Shown here: positions 1 through 7,101 of the stretch, piece by piece
How the letters are laid out: each line of letters starts with the position of its first letter
Numbering within the stretch: the stretch's first letter is position 1
From: a virus
Length of the DNA stretch: 44,533 nucleotides
Strand: one strand, 5' to 3'
IMG/VR virus record: IMGVR_UViG_3300014039_000008
Made by a program: the position numbers and the translations under genes
The notes under the pieces: generated by a model
Database searches by the model: none
The model's input: the letters and a program-made list of their open reading frames with translations, nothing else
What the model was told of the DNA's origin: nothing

Positions 1-58
1 ATTTGACACACAGATCATCGCCGAGCTGCTGCTTGATGCGGCGGATGCGCTGGAGGGC
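1..58. repeat. Terminal overlap of the contig: 1-58 is identical to 44476-44533 (circular closure; unique length 44,475 bp)
   Basis: Read directly: ATTTGACACACAGATCATCGCCGAGCTGCTGCTTGATGCGGCGGATGCGCTGGAGGGC occurs at both ends. The CDS starting at 44393 continues in phase at base 59. Confidence 0.95.
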
Positions 59-367
59 AAGGCGGAGAGGCCGGAGCCGGTGACAAACGGAGACCGCATC
101 CGGGCCATGACGGACGAGGAGCTTGTGCGCTCACAGCTGAGCGAGGCGTTTTGCGATATGATCCCGCAGGAGGATTGTCTGGGGAGCAACAGCACATGCA
201 GGGAGTGCCTGATCAAATGGCTGGGGAGCCCGGCGGCGCTGCCGGAGCGCGACGCGCTGCAGAGAGCATACGAGGGGACAAGACAGATCGCCGATCGCAG
301 GGCATGGGACGAGCCGTCGCGGACGATGGCGGACATCTGCGGACAGGAGGACAAGGATGGGCAATAG
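2..367 (+). CDS. 3' portion of the junction-spanning CDS that starts at 44393 (149 codons in total); small Cys-containing phage protein, function unknown
   Basis: Same frame as track ORF 80..367, open from base 2, stop TAG 365-367. Contains CLGSNSTCRECLIKWL. Composition is plausible compared with the R/P/A-rich alternative frames. Confidence 0.7.
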   Translation, partial: FDTQIIAELLLDAADALEGKAERPEPVTNGDRIRAMTDEELVRSQLSEAFCDMIPQEDCLGSNSTCRECLIKWLGSPAALPERDALQRAYEGTRQIADRRAWDEPSRTMADICGQEDKDGQ

Positions 368-704
368 CTATGCGGAGCGGGTGCAGCGGGACCGGCAGCG
401 GTATCTGGACATCGGGCTGGACTCCGGGGCGCAGATCGTGCACGACATGCTGTGCGTGGCGCTGCGGGACAAGCAGGCGATGGGCGACGACGTATGGGGC
501 AAGGAGCGCATCTTGCGGCTGCTGACGCGGATCAACGAGCTCAAGGAAGAGTTCGGCCCGGCATTCCGGCCGGGGCCGGAGCAGGACTACATGCAGGAGC
601 AGCTGGACGGGGCACTGCGCGAGATCTTCGGGGCGGCGACGGTGCCGTTTGCCGTGAGGCATCCATACATCCGGGAGATCGACTACACCAAAAAGAGGAG
701 ATGA
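357..704 (+). CDS. hypothetical early protein (115 aa)
   Basis: ATG 357 with AGGAGG at 344-349. Overlaps the upstream stop. Balanced amino-acid composition. Confidence 0.7.
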   Translation: MGNSYAERVQRDRQRYLDIGLDSGAQIVHDMLCVALRDKQAMGDDVWGKERILRLLTRINELKEEFGPAFRPGPEQDYMQEQLDGALREIFGAATVPFAVRHPYIREIDYTKKRR

Positions 705-709
705 CGGGC

Positions 710-1078
710 ATGGCAAAGACGGGACGGGGCATCCGGATCCCGATGCGCGGGCGGCCGAAGGGACACAAGCCGCAGCTGTGCCGCTGCTGCGGGCGAGAGA
801 TGGAGCGGACGCAGGTCTGGATCTGCGCGTCGTGCGAGGCGGCCGGCCGGACGATCCCGCGCGCCAGAGGCGTGCAGAGCGGGGCGGAGCTGCTGGCGAT
901 CGCCCGCGCGCGAGAAGAGGCCGAGGAACCGATCCTCGAGGGCTGGGGCATCGACGAGATCGAGGCGCTGGCGCGGTATCTCTGGGACAACGGGGCCAAG
1001 GCCTACGGGACATACGGCAAGCTGCGGGGCTGGTGCGACAACATCGGGCGGCTGCCGCCGCTGCCGGAGGGCCTGTGA
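710..1078 (+). CDS. AT-hook-like (RGRPKG) plus zinc-ribbon-like (CRCCG...CASC) small protein (122 aa)
   Basis: ATG 710 lies 9 nt after GAGGAG (695-700), in the frame of track ORF 452..1078. N-terminus reads MAKTGRGIRIPMRGRPKGHK. Two Cys pairs are present. Confidence 0.65.
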   Translation: MAKTGRGIRIPMRGRPKGHKPQLCRCCGREMERTQVWICASCEAAGRTIPRARGVQSGAELLAIARAREEAEEPILEGWGIDEIEALARYLWDNGAKAYGTYGKLRGWCDNIGRLPPLPEGL

Positions 1079-1079
1079 G

Positions 1080-1286
1080 ATGCAGCGGGACAAGTATTTT
1101 TTTGCTGAGCCGGTGCCGATGCAGGCGATCCTGCGGGACGGGCGCGTGTACGAGGAGCGGGCATACTGCCCGACAGACGCGCGGCTGGCAGTGGCGGCAC
1201 ACGGAGACGCCGGGTGGGAGGACGTGATGGACGCCAGAGTCGCGATCTCCACGGCGGCGATGCGGGCGGCGGGGTATTTGCCGTAA
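1080..1286 (+). CDS. hypothetical protein (68 aa), last gene of the rightward early operon
   Basis: ATG 1080 lies 8 nt after GGAGGG and 1 nt after the upstream stop. Confidence 0.6.
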   Translation: MQRDKYFFAEPVPMQAILRDGRVYEERAYCPTDARLAVAAHGDAGWEDVMDARVAISTAAMRAAGYLP

Positions 1287-1446
1287 GGCAATACCGCACA
1301 ATTCCTCTTCGGCCTTCGTCGGACATTTTTCGCCGCTCCATCGGTTCGAAAAGTTTGAAATACACAAAGTATTCCTGCACTTTTCAAACCTTGTATCGAC
1401 AAAAAATCTCTCGCCGAATGCTCTTGTTGAATTGTGCGGTGTTGCC
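1287..1446. repeat. 18-bp inverted repeat (1287-1304 / 1429-1446) enclosing a 124-nt AT-rich segment; candidate structured RNA or cruciform
   Basis: GGCAATACCGCACAATTC pairs with GAATTGTGCGGTGTTGCC (17 Watson-Crick pairs plus one G-T). There is an inner hairpin, GTTTGAAA (1353-1360) with TTTCAAAC (1382-1389). No convincing ORF. Confidence 0.8.
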
Positions 1447-1454
1447 CTGAGAAA

Positions 1455-1489
1455 TAAAAAAAGCCGGGAGCCTCGGGCGAGGCTCCCGG
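1455..1489 (-). terminator. intrinsic terminator of the leftward operon
   Basis: 11-bp stem CCGGGAGCCTC / GAGGCTCCCGG (1464-1489) with a GGGC loop. The A7 run at 1456-1462 reads as a U-tract on the minus strand. Confidence 0.8.
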
Positions 1490-1542
1490 ACGGGCGCTGC
1501 GCTCAGCTCCGCAGGGATGCGGGGCCGAGCGGAACGGCCGGA

Positions 1543-1582
1543 AAGTTGACGGTTACTGACACGAGTTGGGTGGTAGGATATC
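1543..1582 (+). promoter_or_regulatory. copy A of a conserved ~37-nt promoter-like motif
   Basis: AAGTTGACGGTTACTGACACGAGTTGGGTGGTAGGAT, aligned by eye to the copies at 4215 and 11295. Confidence 0.5.
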
Positions 1583-1590
1583 AGGCAAGA

Positions 1591-1965
1591 TTAGTCACCA
1601 TCAGCGGGCTCGGCCGGGGCGAGATCGGCGGGGGCGGGGAGCAGGCCGAGGCACTGCTGCAGCATCAGGCGGACGTAGAGCGGCGGCTCGCGGCGCGCAG
1701 CTGCCCAGTCCTCGACGGTGCGGTACGGGATGTAAAAGCGCTCGGCAAGCTTGCGGTTGCTGAGACCGGCGTCTCCGGCGATTTCCGGGACGGTGCGGTG
1801 CGCAGCGTCCCAGAGCTTGCCGAGAGCGGCCAGACGGGCATCGGGGATGGGGGCCTCCGGGGAGCCGCCCCAGAGCTCGGAGAGGGCGAGGTCGGAGATG
1901 TAGGCGTCGCGGTCGGAATAGGCAGATATCTCAGTGAGAAGGGCACGGTACTGGTTGATGGTCAT
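1591..1965 (-). CDS. small helix-turn-helix-like protein (124 aa)
   Basis: AAGGAGG lies 5 nt upstream of the ATG on the minus strand. IAGDAGLSNRKLAERFYIPYRTVEDW reads as an HTH. Confidence 0.7.
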   Translation of the reverse strand: MTINQYRALLTEISAYSDRDAYISDLALSELWGGSPEAPIPDARLAALGKLWDAAHRTVPEIAGDAGLSNRKLAERFYIPYRTVEDWAAARREPPLYVRLMLQQCLGLLPAPADLAPAEPADGD

Positions 1966-1998
1966 GATGGTTGCCTCCTTAGTTGATGGTTGAGCAGA

Positions 1999-2280
1999 TC
2001 AGGCGTAGCGCTGCATGCCGCAGACGGCCTCGTGGATCGCGTCCGCGATCTCCTGCATGGTCATGTGGCTGGCGGTGTTGCAGATTCTGGTGACGTTGGG
2101 GTCGTGGTACTCCGTCCAGGTGTTGCAGCCAAGGGAACACTGGAAGACCGTCCAGACCTCGCCGGTCTTGAGGTCGTAGAACAGCTTGTCGTAGAAAGAG
2201 CGGTCGCTGTAGTTGCGGGTGGAGCCGCTGGCGGCCTTGAGACCCTTGATGTTGATACCGTAAGTGTTGACCTTTGCCAT
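1999..2280 (-). CDS. hypothetical protein (93 aa)
   Basis: GAGAGGAG upstream of the ATG. Plausible composition. Same operon as its neighbours. Confidence 0.7.
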   Translation of the reverse strand: MAKVNTYGINIKGLKAASGSTRNYSDRSFYDKLFYDLKTGEVWTVFQCSLGCNTWTEYHDPNVTRICNTASHMTMQEIADAIHEAVCGMQRYA

Positions 2281-2341
2281 GATGATGATCTCCTCTCAAA
2301 ATTTAGGTTGGTGGGGGGATGATGGATGCGGCGCAGCCGCC

Positions 2342-2551
2342 TTAAAAGTCCTCTCCGGAGATGTACTCCGCGATGCAGATGGGATCGGTCGTCTCGTGGC
2401 CGTCCTCGTCATAGCCGCCGTCGATCTCCGCGATCAGCTCGCAGCCGCGAGCCTTGGCCATCTCCACGGCCTCGGTCCAGTCAAAGCTGCCGGTGCCCCA
2501 GTCGTTGTCGTCGCGATCAGCAAGTACTGCGTACCAATTCTTCTTCTCCAT
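2342..2551 (-). CDS. very acidic small protein (69 aa, 19 D/E versus 5 K/R); candidate DNA-mimic or anti-restriction protein
   Basis: First gene behind the strong leftward promoter. Charge counted by hand from MEKKNWYAVLADRDDNDWGTGSFDW... Confidence 0.7.
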   Translation of the reverse strand: MEKKNWYAVLADRDDNDWGTGSFDWTEAVEMAKARGCELIAEIDGGYDEDGHETTDPICIAEYISGEDF

Positions 2552-2617
2552 GGTGTTTCCTTTCCGGCCTGCGGCCTGTCCGTTTTTGATTTGACCCTTG
2601 GGTCATTTACTGACTGT

Positions 2618-2646
2618 GTTATAACACGCAATGCGTTGTATGTCAA
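2618..2646 (-). promoter_or_regulatory. sigma-70-type promoter for the leftward operon
   Basis: On the minus strand: TTGACA, 17 nt, TATAAC. The spacer contains the palindrome ACGCA-A-TGCGT. Confidence 0.6.
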
Positions 2647-2665
2647 GAGGGTGGGAGAAAAAAAT

Positions 2666-2706
2666 ATGCACAAAAACAAAATTAAAATTTGTGCAGGATG
2701 CACAAA
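2666..2706. promoter_or_regulatory. ATGCACAAA repeats (two direct, one inverted): candidate operator or iteron set
   Basis: TGCACAAA at 2667-2674 and 2699-2706. The inverted copy TTTGTGCA is at 2688-2695. Confidence 0.4.
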
Positions 2707-2871
2707 CCAAACGAAATGAGCGCCAGCCAGAGGCTGCGGCGGGGGCCGATCGGGGGATCGGGCCTCGCCGGAACCGCCGGAAGGGCGAGAAAAACGTGAA
2801 CCTTGAAAGTCGAACACACGGGAAACGCATGCGCGGGATTTTTGAAACACACGCGTGCGTTATACCAATAT

Positions 2872-2897
2872 TAAATACGCGCGCACGCGCGTATTTA
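2872..2897. promoter_or_regulatory. perfect 12+2+12 palindrome upstream of the Rep-like gene; candidate origin hairpin or operator
   Basis: TAAATACGCGCG-CA-CGCGCGTATTTA read directly, 56 nt before the start at 2954. Confidence 0.6.
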
Positions 2898-2953
2898 TCG
2901 GCTTGCTTAAAACTTATGTCTAGCACCGCAGTGGCGGGAGAAGGGAGAACAGG

Positions 2954-3757
2954 GTGAAAATCATGGAGCGGACCTATCGTTGCAAAAATGGCGTCGTGGA
3001 AAAGACGCGGTATCACGTCGGAGACAACGCTCGTCCGCGCGGGCGCAAGACGGGCGTGACGACGCCGCGGCAGCAGGAACAGAATTTTAACACGGCCGTA
3101 CGCCGCCTCGCCCGCCTGCTTAACTGCAACTGCACGGCGGACAAGGGCCTGCTCGTGACGCTACGCTTTGCGGACGAGGGGATCGCCAAGCTGCGCGAGA
3201 CGGCAGGAGACGATCCGGACAAGCTGCGCGACGCCGCAGAGCATCAGGCGATGCTCTGGCTGCGCCGCCTGCGCCGGAAGAACAAGGACAGGATCCCGTT
3301 TTACACGCTGTCGGCAAGCGACATGGACGGCGACACCGGAGAGCTGGTGCGTCTGCATGTGCATATCTGCATGGAGACGGACGGGAGCCTCAGCTGGGAC
3401 GCGCTGCGCGACGGCTGGACGCTCGGGAGCGTCAACATCCGCAGCCTCCGCGGGCAGGACGACTACAGCCCGATCGCCTACTACATGCTCAAGCAGGTGC
3501 GGCGCGTGCCGGACCGCAAAAAATACAAGGTCAGCCGCGGCGCCGCTCTGCCGACGACGGAGGAGCGCGAGGTCGTGCTGTGCACCAAGATGCGCGCTCC
3601 CAAGGGCGCGAGAGTGCTGGAGGAGCGCTACGTCGAGGGCGAGGCCGGGGCTTACATCCGCTATGTGCCCCGCAAGCGCGGCAAAAAGCACGGCGGGCAC
3701 AAGATGACGGCCCGCGAACTGCTCGAAATCGACGAAAATCCGGAAAAAGAAAGTTGA
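2954..3757 (+). CDS. HUH-superfamily rolling-circle replication initiator-like protein (267 aa)
   Basis: Three motifs in canonical order: LLVTLRF (motif 1-like), LHVHICM (H-hydrophobic-H, nt 3356-3364) and IAYYMLKQ (Tyr pair, nt 3479-3484). The start could instead be ATG 2963. Confidence 0.7.
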   Translation: MKIMERTYRCKNGVVEKTRYHVGDNARPRGRKTGVTTPRQQEQNFNTAVRRLARLLNCNCTADKGLLVTLRFADEGIAKLRETAGDDPDKLRDAAEHQAMLWLRRLRRKNKDRIPFYTLSASDMDGDTGELVRLHVHICMETDGSLSWDALRDGWTLGSVNIRSLRGQDDYSPIAYYMLKQVRRVPDRKKYKVSRGAALPTTEEREVVLCTKMRAPKGARVLEERYVEGEAGAYIRYVPRKRGKKHGGHKMTARELLEIDENPEKES

Positions 3758-3931
3758 CTCGCGGTCCGCGCGGGGGCATGCGCAGGCGCGGACCAAACAA
3801 ACGCGCGCGCGGATGGGATATGCCGCGCCGATCATACGGGAGGACTCTGCCTGAGCGGCGCTCCGGCGGGGACAGGACCGCTATGCCGCCACGGTATAGC
3901 GGATATCGTGCATACACAGGGAGGCGAGGGG

Positions 3932-4204
3932 ATGAGTTTTCGGCGGATGAGCGGGATCCGGCTGCCGTACCGGCGGCAGGGCCTGATCTACTTTACGCTG
4001 CTGAGCTACGAGGACATGGGCAAGGCGGGCAAAAAACGGATCGACGCAAGGCTGCTCGAGGCGGCATACGGCGAGGAGGAGTTCGCCGCGGCGCTGCGGG
4101 ACTGGTGCTGCGGGAGGATGACTGTGCAGGCGGCGGCGATCGCGCACAACGTCAGCGAGAGCACGCTCTACCGGGCGCGCAAGCGGCTGTATGAGGCGTG
4201 GTAA
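3932..4204 (+). CDS. small HTH protein resembling sigma-70 region 4; putative late-gene regulator (90 aa)
   Basis: ATG 3932 lies 7 nt after GGGAGG. MTVQAAAIAHNVSESTLYRARKRL reads as an HTH. It sits immediately upstream of motif copy B. Confidence 0.6.
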   Translation: MSFRRMSGIRLPYRRQGLIYFTLLSYEDMGKAGKKRIDARLLEAAYGEEEFAAALRDWCCGRMTVQAAAIAHNVSESTLYRARKRLYEAW

Positions 4205-4214
4205 CACGTCACAA

Positions 4215-4254
4215 AAGTTGACGGCAACTAACACGGCTATTGTGGTATCCTAAC
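4215..4254 (+). promoter_or_regulatory. copy B of the conserved promoter-like motif (upstream of terS)
   Basis: AAGTTGACGGCAACTAACACGGCTATTGTGGTATCCT; 31 of 37 positions identical to copy C. Confidence 0.55.
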
Positions 4255-4275
4255 GGCAAACAGGGAGGGATGCAC

Positions 4276-4842
4276 ATGGGCCGCAAAAAGGCTTACAAGC
4301 CCGCAGCGCTGCAGCGCGCGGTACGGGAATATTTTGCAGCGCTGCGCTACCGGGAGCCGGTATACCGCGAGGAGCCGGTACTTGACGACGACGGGCAGCC
4401 GGAGTTTGACCGGTACGGACACCCGGCGACGCGCTTTGTGCGCGTTGTGACGGAGGACGGGACGCCTGCCAGCAGGACGAGCTGGGTCAGCCCGCCGACG
4501 ATCACGGGGCTTTGCGGGAGGCTTGGCATCAGCCGCCAGACGTGGAGCAAGTATCTGGCGGCAGAGGACACGCACGACATCTGCGACGAGGCCAAGCGGG
4601 TGATCGAGACCTACCTGCAGGAGAGGCTCGAGGACAAAAACTCCGCGGCGGGCGCAAAATTTGCGCTGCAGGCAAACTACGACTGGCGTGAGCGCCGGGA
4701 GATCAGCACGGACGCGCCGACGAGAGCCGCGATCGCAGGCGGCGAGATGACGATGGACGACAAGCTGGCGCTGCTGCGAGAGATCCAGGGCATGCAGCTG
4801 CCTGAGACGGAGGGGACACATGACAGCGACGGTACTGTTTGA
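4276..4842 (+). CDS. terS: terminase small subunit
   Basis: ATG 4276 after GGGAGGG. HTH-like PPTITGLCGRLGISRQTWSKY is followed by GAKFALQANYDW, a pattern typical of small terminases. Confidence 0.75.
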   Translation: MGRKKAYKPAALQRAVREYFAALRYREPVYREEPVLDDDGQPEFDRYGHPATRFVRVVTEDGTPASRTSWVSPPTITGLCGRLGISRQTWSKYLAAEDTHDICDEAKRVIETYLQERLEDKNSAAGAKFALQANYDWRERREISTDAPTRAAIAGGEMTMDDKLALLREIQGMQLPETEGTHDSDGTV

Positions 4843-7093
4843 GCGGCTGCGGCAGCTCAAGCCGGTCCCGGCGGAGATCAACGACACGATCCTGCTGGAC
4901 TGGCTCAATCAGGTGGAGGGGCAGATCCTCCACGAGATCTTTTTGCTGGCGTTGAGCGAGATCACGCCGTATGCGGCGACGCCGACCGAGGCGCTGGCCG
5001 CGCCGTATCCCTACGACGGGATCTATCTGCTGTGGATGGAGGCGCAGGTCGACTTTGCCAACGGCGAGTATGAGCGCTACACCAACACGATGCAGCGGTA
5101 CAACACCGCGTGGAACGATCTGGCGCGGCACATGGCAAAGTGCATCCGTCCGGTCTACGGCAGGGCCGTGGAGCAGGGCTACTACCTCAGCGCCTACGGG
5201 ATCGCCAAGGCGCACGGCTACACCGGGACGGAGGAGCAGTGGCTGGCCAGCCTGCAGGGCGCAGCGGGCGCTCCGGGCAAGGACGGCAAGCCTTTTAACT
5301 GGCGCGGGGCGTGGAGCTCCACGGAGACCTATGCGTATCTCGATGCCGTGGAGCACAGCGGGAGCTGCTACGTCTGGACGGACGAGGATGACAGCACGGC
5401 CGGGGACGAGCCGGGCGTGGACGAGCTCTGGGAGCTGTGCGCGGCCAAGGGTGCAAAGGGAGACACCGGCGCGGCAGGCGCAGCGGGCCCGCAGGGCCAG
5501 ACCGGTCCCGCAGGACCGAAGGGCGACACCGGAGAGACGGGAGCCAAAGGCGACACGGGAGCGACAGGACCGCAGGGGCCGAAGGGAGACCCCGGCGACG
5601 ACTACACGCTGACCGAGGCCGACAAGACGGAGATCGCGGGCAAGGTCACGGCGGACGGACTGGAATTTGAGCTTGCGGACATGCCGTCCGGCGGGACGGA
5701 TCTGCCGCAGGTGCTGAGCAACCTCGGGACGGCGATGACCGACGCGGCCGAGGGAGCGATCCCCATCGCGGACGGCGAAAACGGGTGGACGACGAAAACG
5801 GTACTCGGGGAATATAAAAGCTCCGACCAAGCGACGATAGATGAAATCCCGTCGGCAAAGTGGCTCACAACTTATTTGCGGAACGAAGGCCCACTTGCGG
5901 ATATAACCTACTGGGACGATTTTCTGAGCAATGCCAGCAATATATTTGGCGCAATATGCCGGGGCGATGTGAGAAGTGGCAGCGGTAGTAATATGACGTT
6001 CCCGGTGTTGATATACAGTTCCTCGATCAATAGATGGGATAAATACTTCCGCGCGATTGACGCGACCGGCGCGATTTGGCGAGTAACCGTTGACCTGCGA
6101 TACGGCACGGCAACTGAGACAAAAAAGCGCGAGAGCGTCCCGGTCAGCGCGGCCGCAGACGCCGGGAAGCTGCTGCAGGTCGGCGCGGACGGCGCGGCCG
6201 AGTGGGGCGACAAGCTGCCGACAGCCCTCAAAAACCCGCAGAAGCTGAAATTCACCGGCGCTGTTACCGGCGAATACGACGGCAGCACCGAGAAGACCAT
6301 CAATATCCCCGCGGGGGGCAGCGACGTTCCGGCCGTGCTCGGCAATCTGGGCGCAAAGATGGGGGAGTCTGAGGCAGGCGCAGTCCCTGTTTACGCCGGG
6401 GACGAGGCGTGGACCATCGAAAAGATCATCATGGCATACACCGGAGACAACGATCTGAGCGGGTACATCCCGGACACGGCGTGGGTGGTGGCGTATATGG
6501 CAGCGCAAAAGGCGCTGCTCAAGCTGCTGCCGGACAGCGCGGCCGCAGACGCCGGGAAGCTGCTGCAGGTCGGCGCGGACGGCGCGGCCGAGTGGGGCGA
6601 CAAGCTGCCGACAGCCCTCAAAAACCCAAAGGCGCTGACATTTACGGGGGCGGCGACGGGGACTTACGACGGATCGGAGGCGCTGGCGGTCAACATCCCC
6701 AACGGGTATCAGCTGACGGACGCCGACAAGCAGGCAATCGCCGCGCTGGTGGCGGCGGATGGCGTGGAATTTACGCTGGCGGACATGCCCACGGGCGGCT
6801 CCGGCGGGTCGCTGAAGGCGTTGAGCAGCGTGGTCTCGTACATCGGCATCCCGGCGGCGGACCTGCCGGAAAACGGCGTTGTGTGGGTGAGCTTCGGGGC
6901 GGGCGAAAACATGGAGCTGTACACCGGCACGATCACGATACAGGACGCCGGAATCGCGACGAGCGACATGCTTGCGATCACAAACGGGACGGTAAACCCG
7001 CTCAATCAGGTCGCGTGGATCAGCGACGGAATCGCATTTTACGGGATGACGACGTCGAACTACCGCGGCGTGTACATGGTCGTAAGCGGATAG
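4820..7093 (+). CDS. tail fibre / appendage protein with collagen-like repeats and duplicated C-terminal modules (757 aa)
   Basis: 16 Gly-X-Y triplets. Repeated SAAADAGKLLQVGADGAAEWGDKLPTALKNP modules. Position in the late block. Confidence 0.8.
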   Translation: MTATVLFERLRQLKPVPAEINDTILLDWLNQVEGQILHEIFLLALSEITPYAATPTEALAAPYPYDGIYLLWMEAQVDFANGEYERYTNTMQRYNTAWNDLARHMAKCIRPVYGRAVEQGYYLSAYGIAKAHGYTGTEEQWLASLQGAAGAPGKDGKPFNWRGAWSSTETYAYLDAVEHSGSCYVWTDEDDSTAGDEPGVDELWELCAAKGAKGDTGAAGAAGPQGQTGPAGPKGDTGETGAKGDTGATGPQGPKGDPGDDYTLTEADKTEIAGKVTADGLEFELADMPSGGTDLPQVLSNLGTAMTDAAEGAIPIADGENGWTTKTVLGEYKSSDQATIDEIPSAKWLTTYLRNEGPLADITYWDDFLSNASNIFGAICRGDVRSGSGSNMTFPVLIYSSSINRWDKYFRAIDATGAIWRVTVDLRYGTATETKKRESVPVSAAADAGKLLQVGADGAAEWGDKLPTALKNPQKLKFTGAVTGEYDGSTEKTINIPAGGSDVPAVLGNLGAKMGESEAGAVPVYAGDEAWTIEKIIMAYTGDNDLSGYIPDTAWVVAYMAAQKALLKLLPDSAAADAGKLLQVGADGAAEWGDKLPTALKNPKALTFTGAATGTYDGSEALAVNIPNGYQLTDADKQAIAALVAADGVEFTLADMPTGGSGGSLKALSSVVSYIGIPAADLPENGVVWVSFGAGENMELYTGTITIQDAGIATSDMLAITNGTVNPLNQVAWISDGIAFYGMTTSNYRGVYMVVSG
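5450..5596 (+). repeat. collagen-like Gly-X-Y repeat region within the fibre gene
   Basis: GAKGDTGAAGAAGPQGQTGPAGPKGDTGETGAKGDTGATGPQGPKGDPG read from the translation. Confidence 0.9.
6145..6237 (+). repeat. 93-bp perfect direct repeat, copy 1 (inside the fibre gene)
   Basis: Identical to 6535-6627. The 390-nt offset equals 130 codons. Confidence 0.95.
6535..6627 (+). repeat. 93-bp perfect direct repeat, copy 2 (inside the fibre gene)
   Basis: Identical to 6145-6237. Confidence 0.95.
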
Positions 7094-7101
7094 GAGGGCA
7101 T

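Noticed and set aside
80-367. GTG 80 as the start of the first gene.
   Set aside because: The frame is open from base 2 and joins in phase the ORF beginning at ATG 44393, which has an RBS, across the circular junction.
1338-1352. GGTTCGAA (T-loop-like) as a sign of a tRNA gene or tRNA-derived att site.
   Set aside because: The flanking bases cannot form a T-arm, and no acceptor, D or anticodon stems could be drawn.
1432-1986. 184-aa + strand ORF downstream of motif copy A.
   Set aside because: It is the mirror image of the well-supported minus-strand gene 1591..1965. It is G/R/A-rich with no RBS.
3763-3794. Hairpin GGTCCGCGC...GCGCGGACC after the Rep-like gene as an intrinsic terminator.
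   Set aside because: It has a 14-nt loop and no U-tract. It may be a regulatory or recognition structure, but it is not a confident terminator.
6145-6627. Fibre-gene repeats as template and variable repeats of a diversity-generating retroelement.
   Set aside because: The copies are identical, so there are no adenine-specific differences. Both lie inside the same ORF, and there is no reverse transcriptase in the genome.
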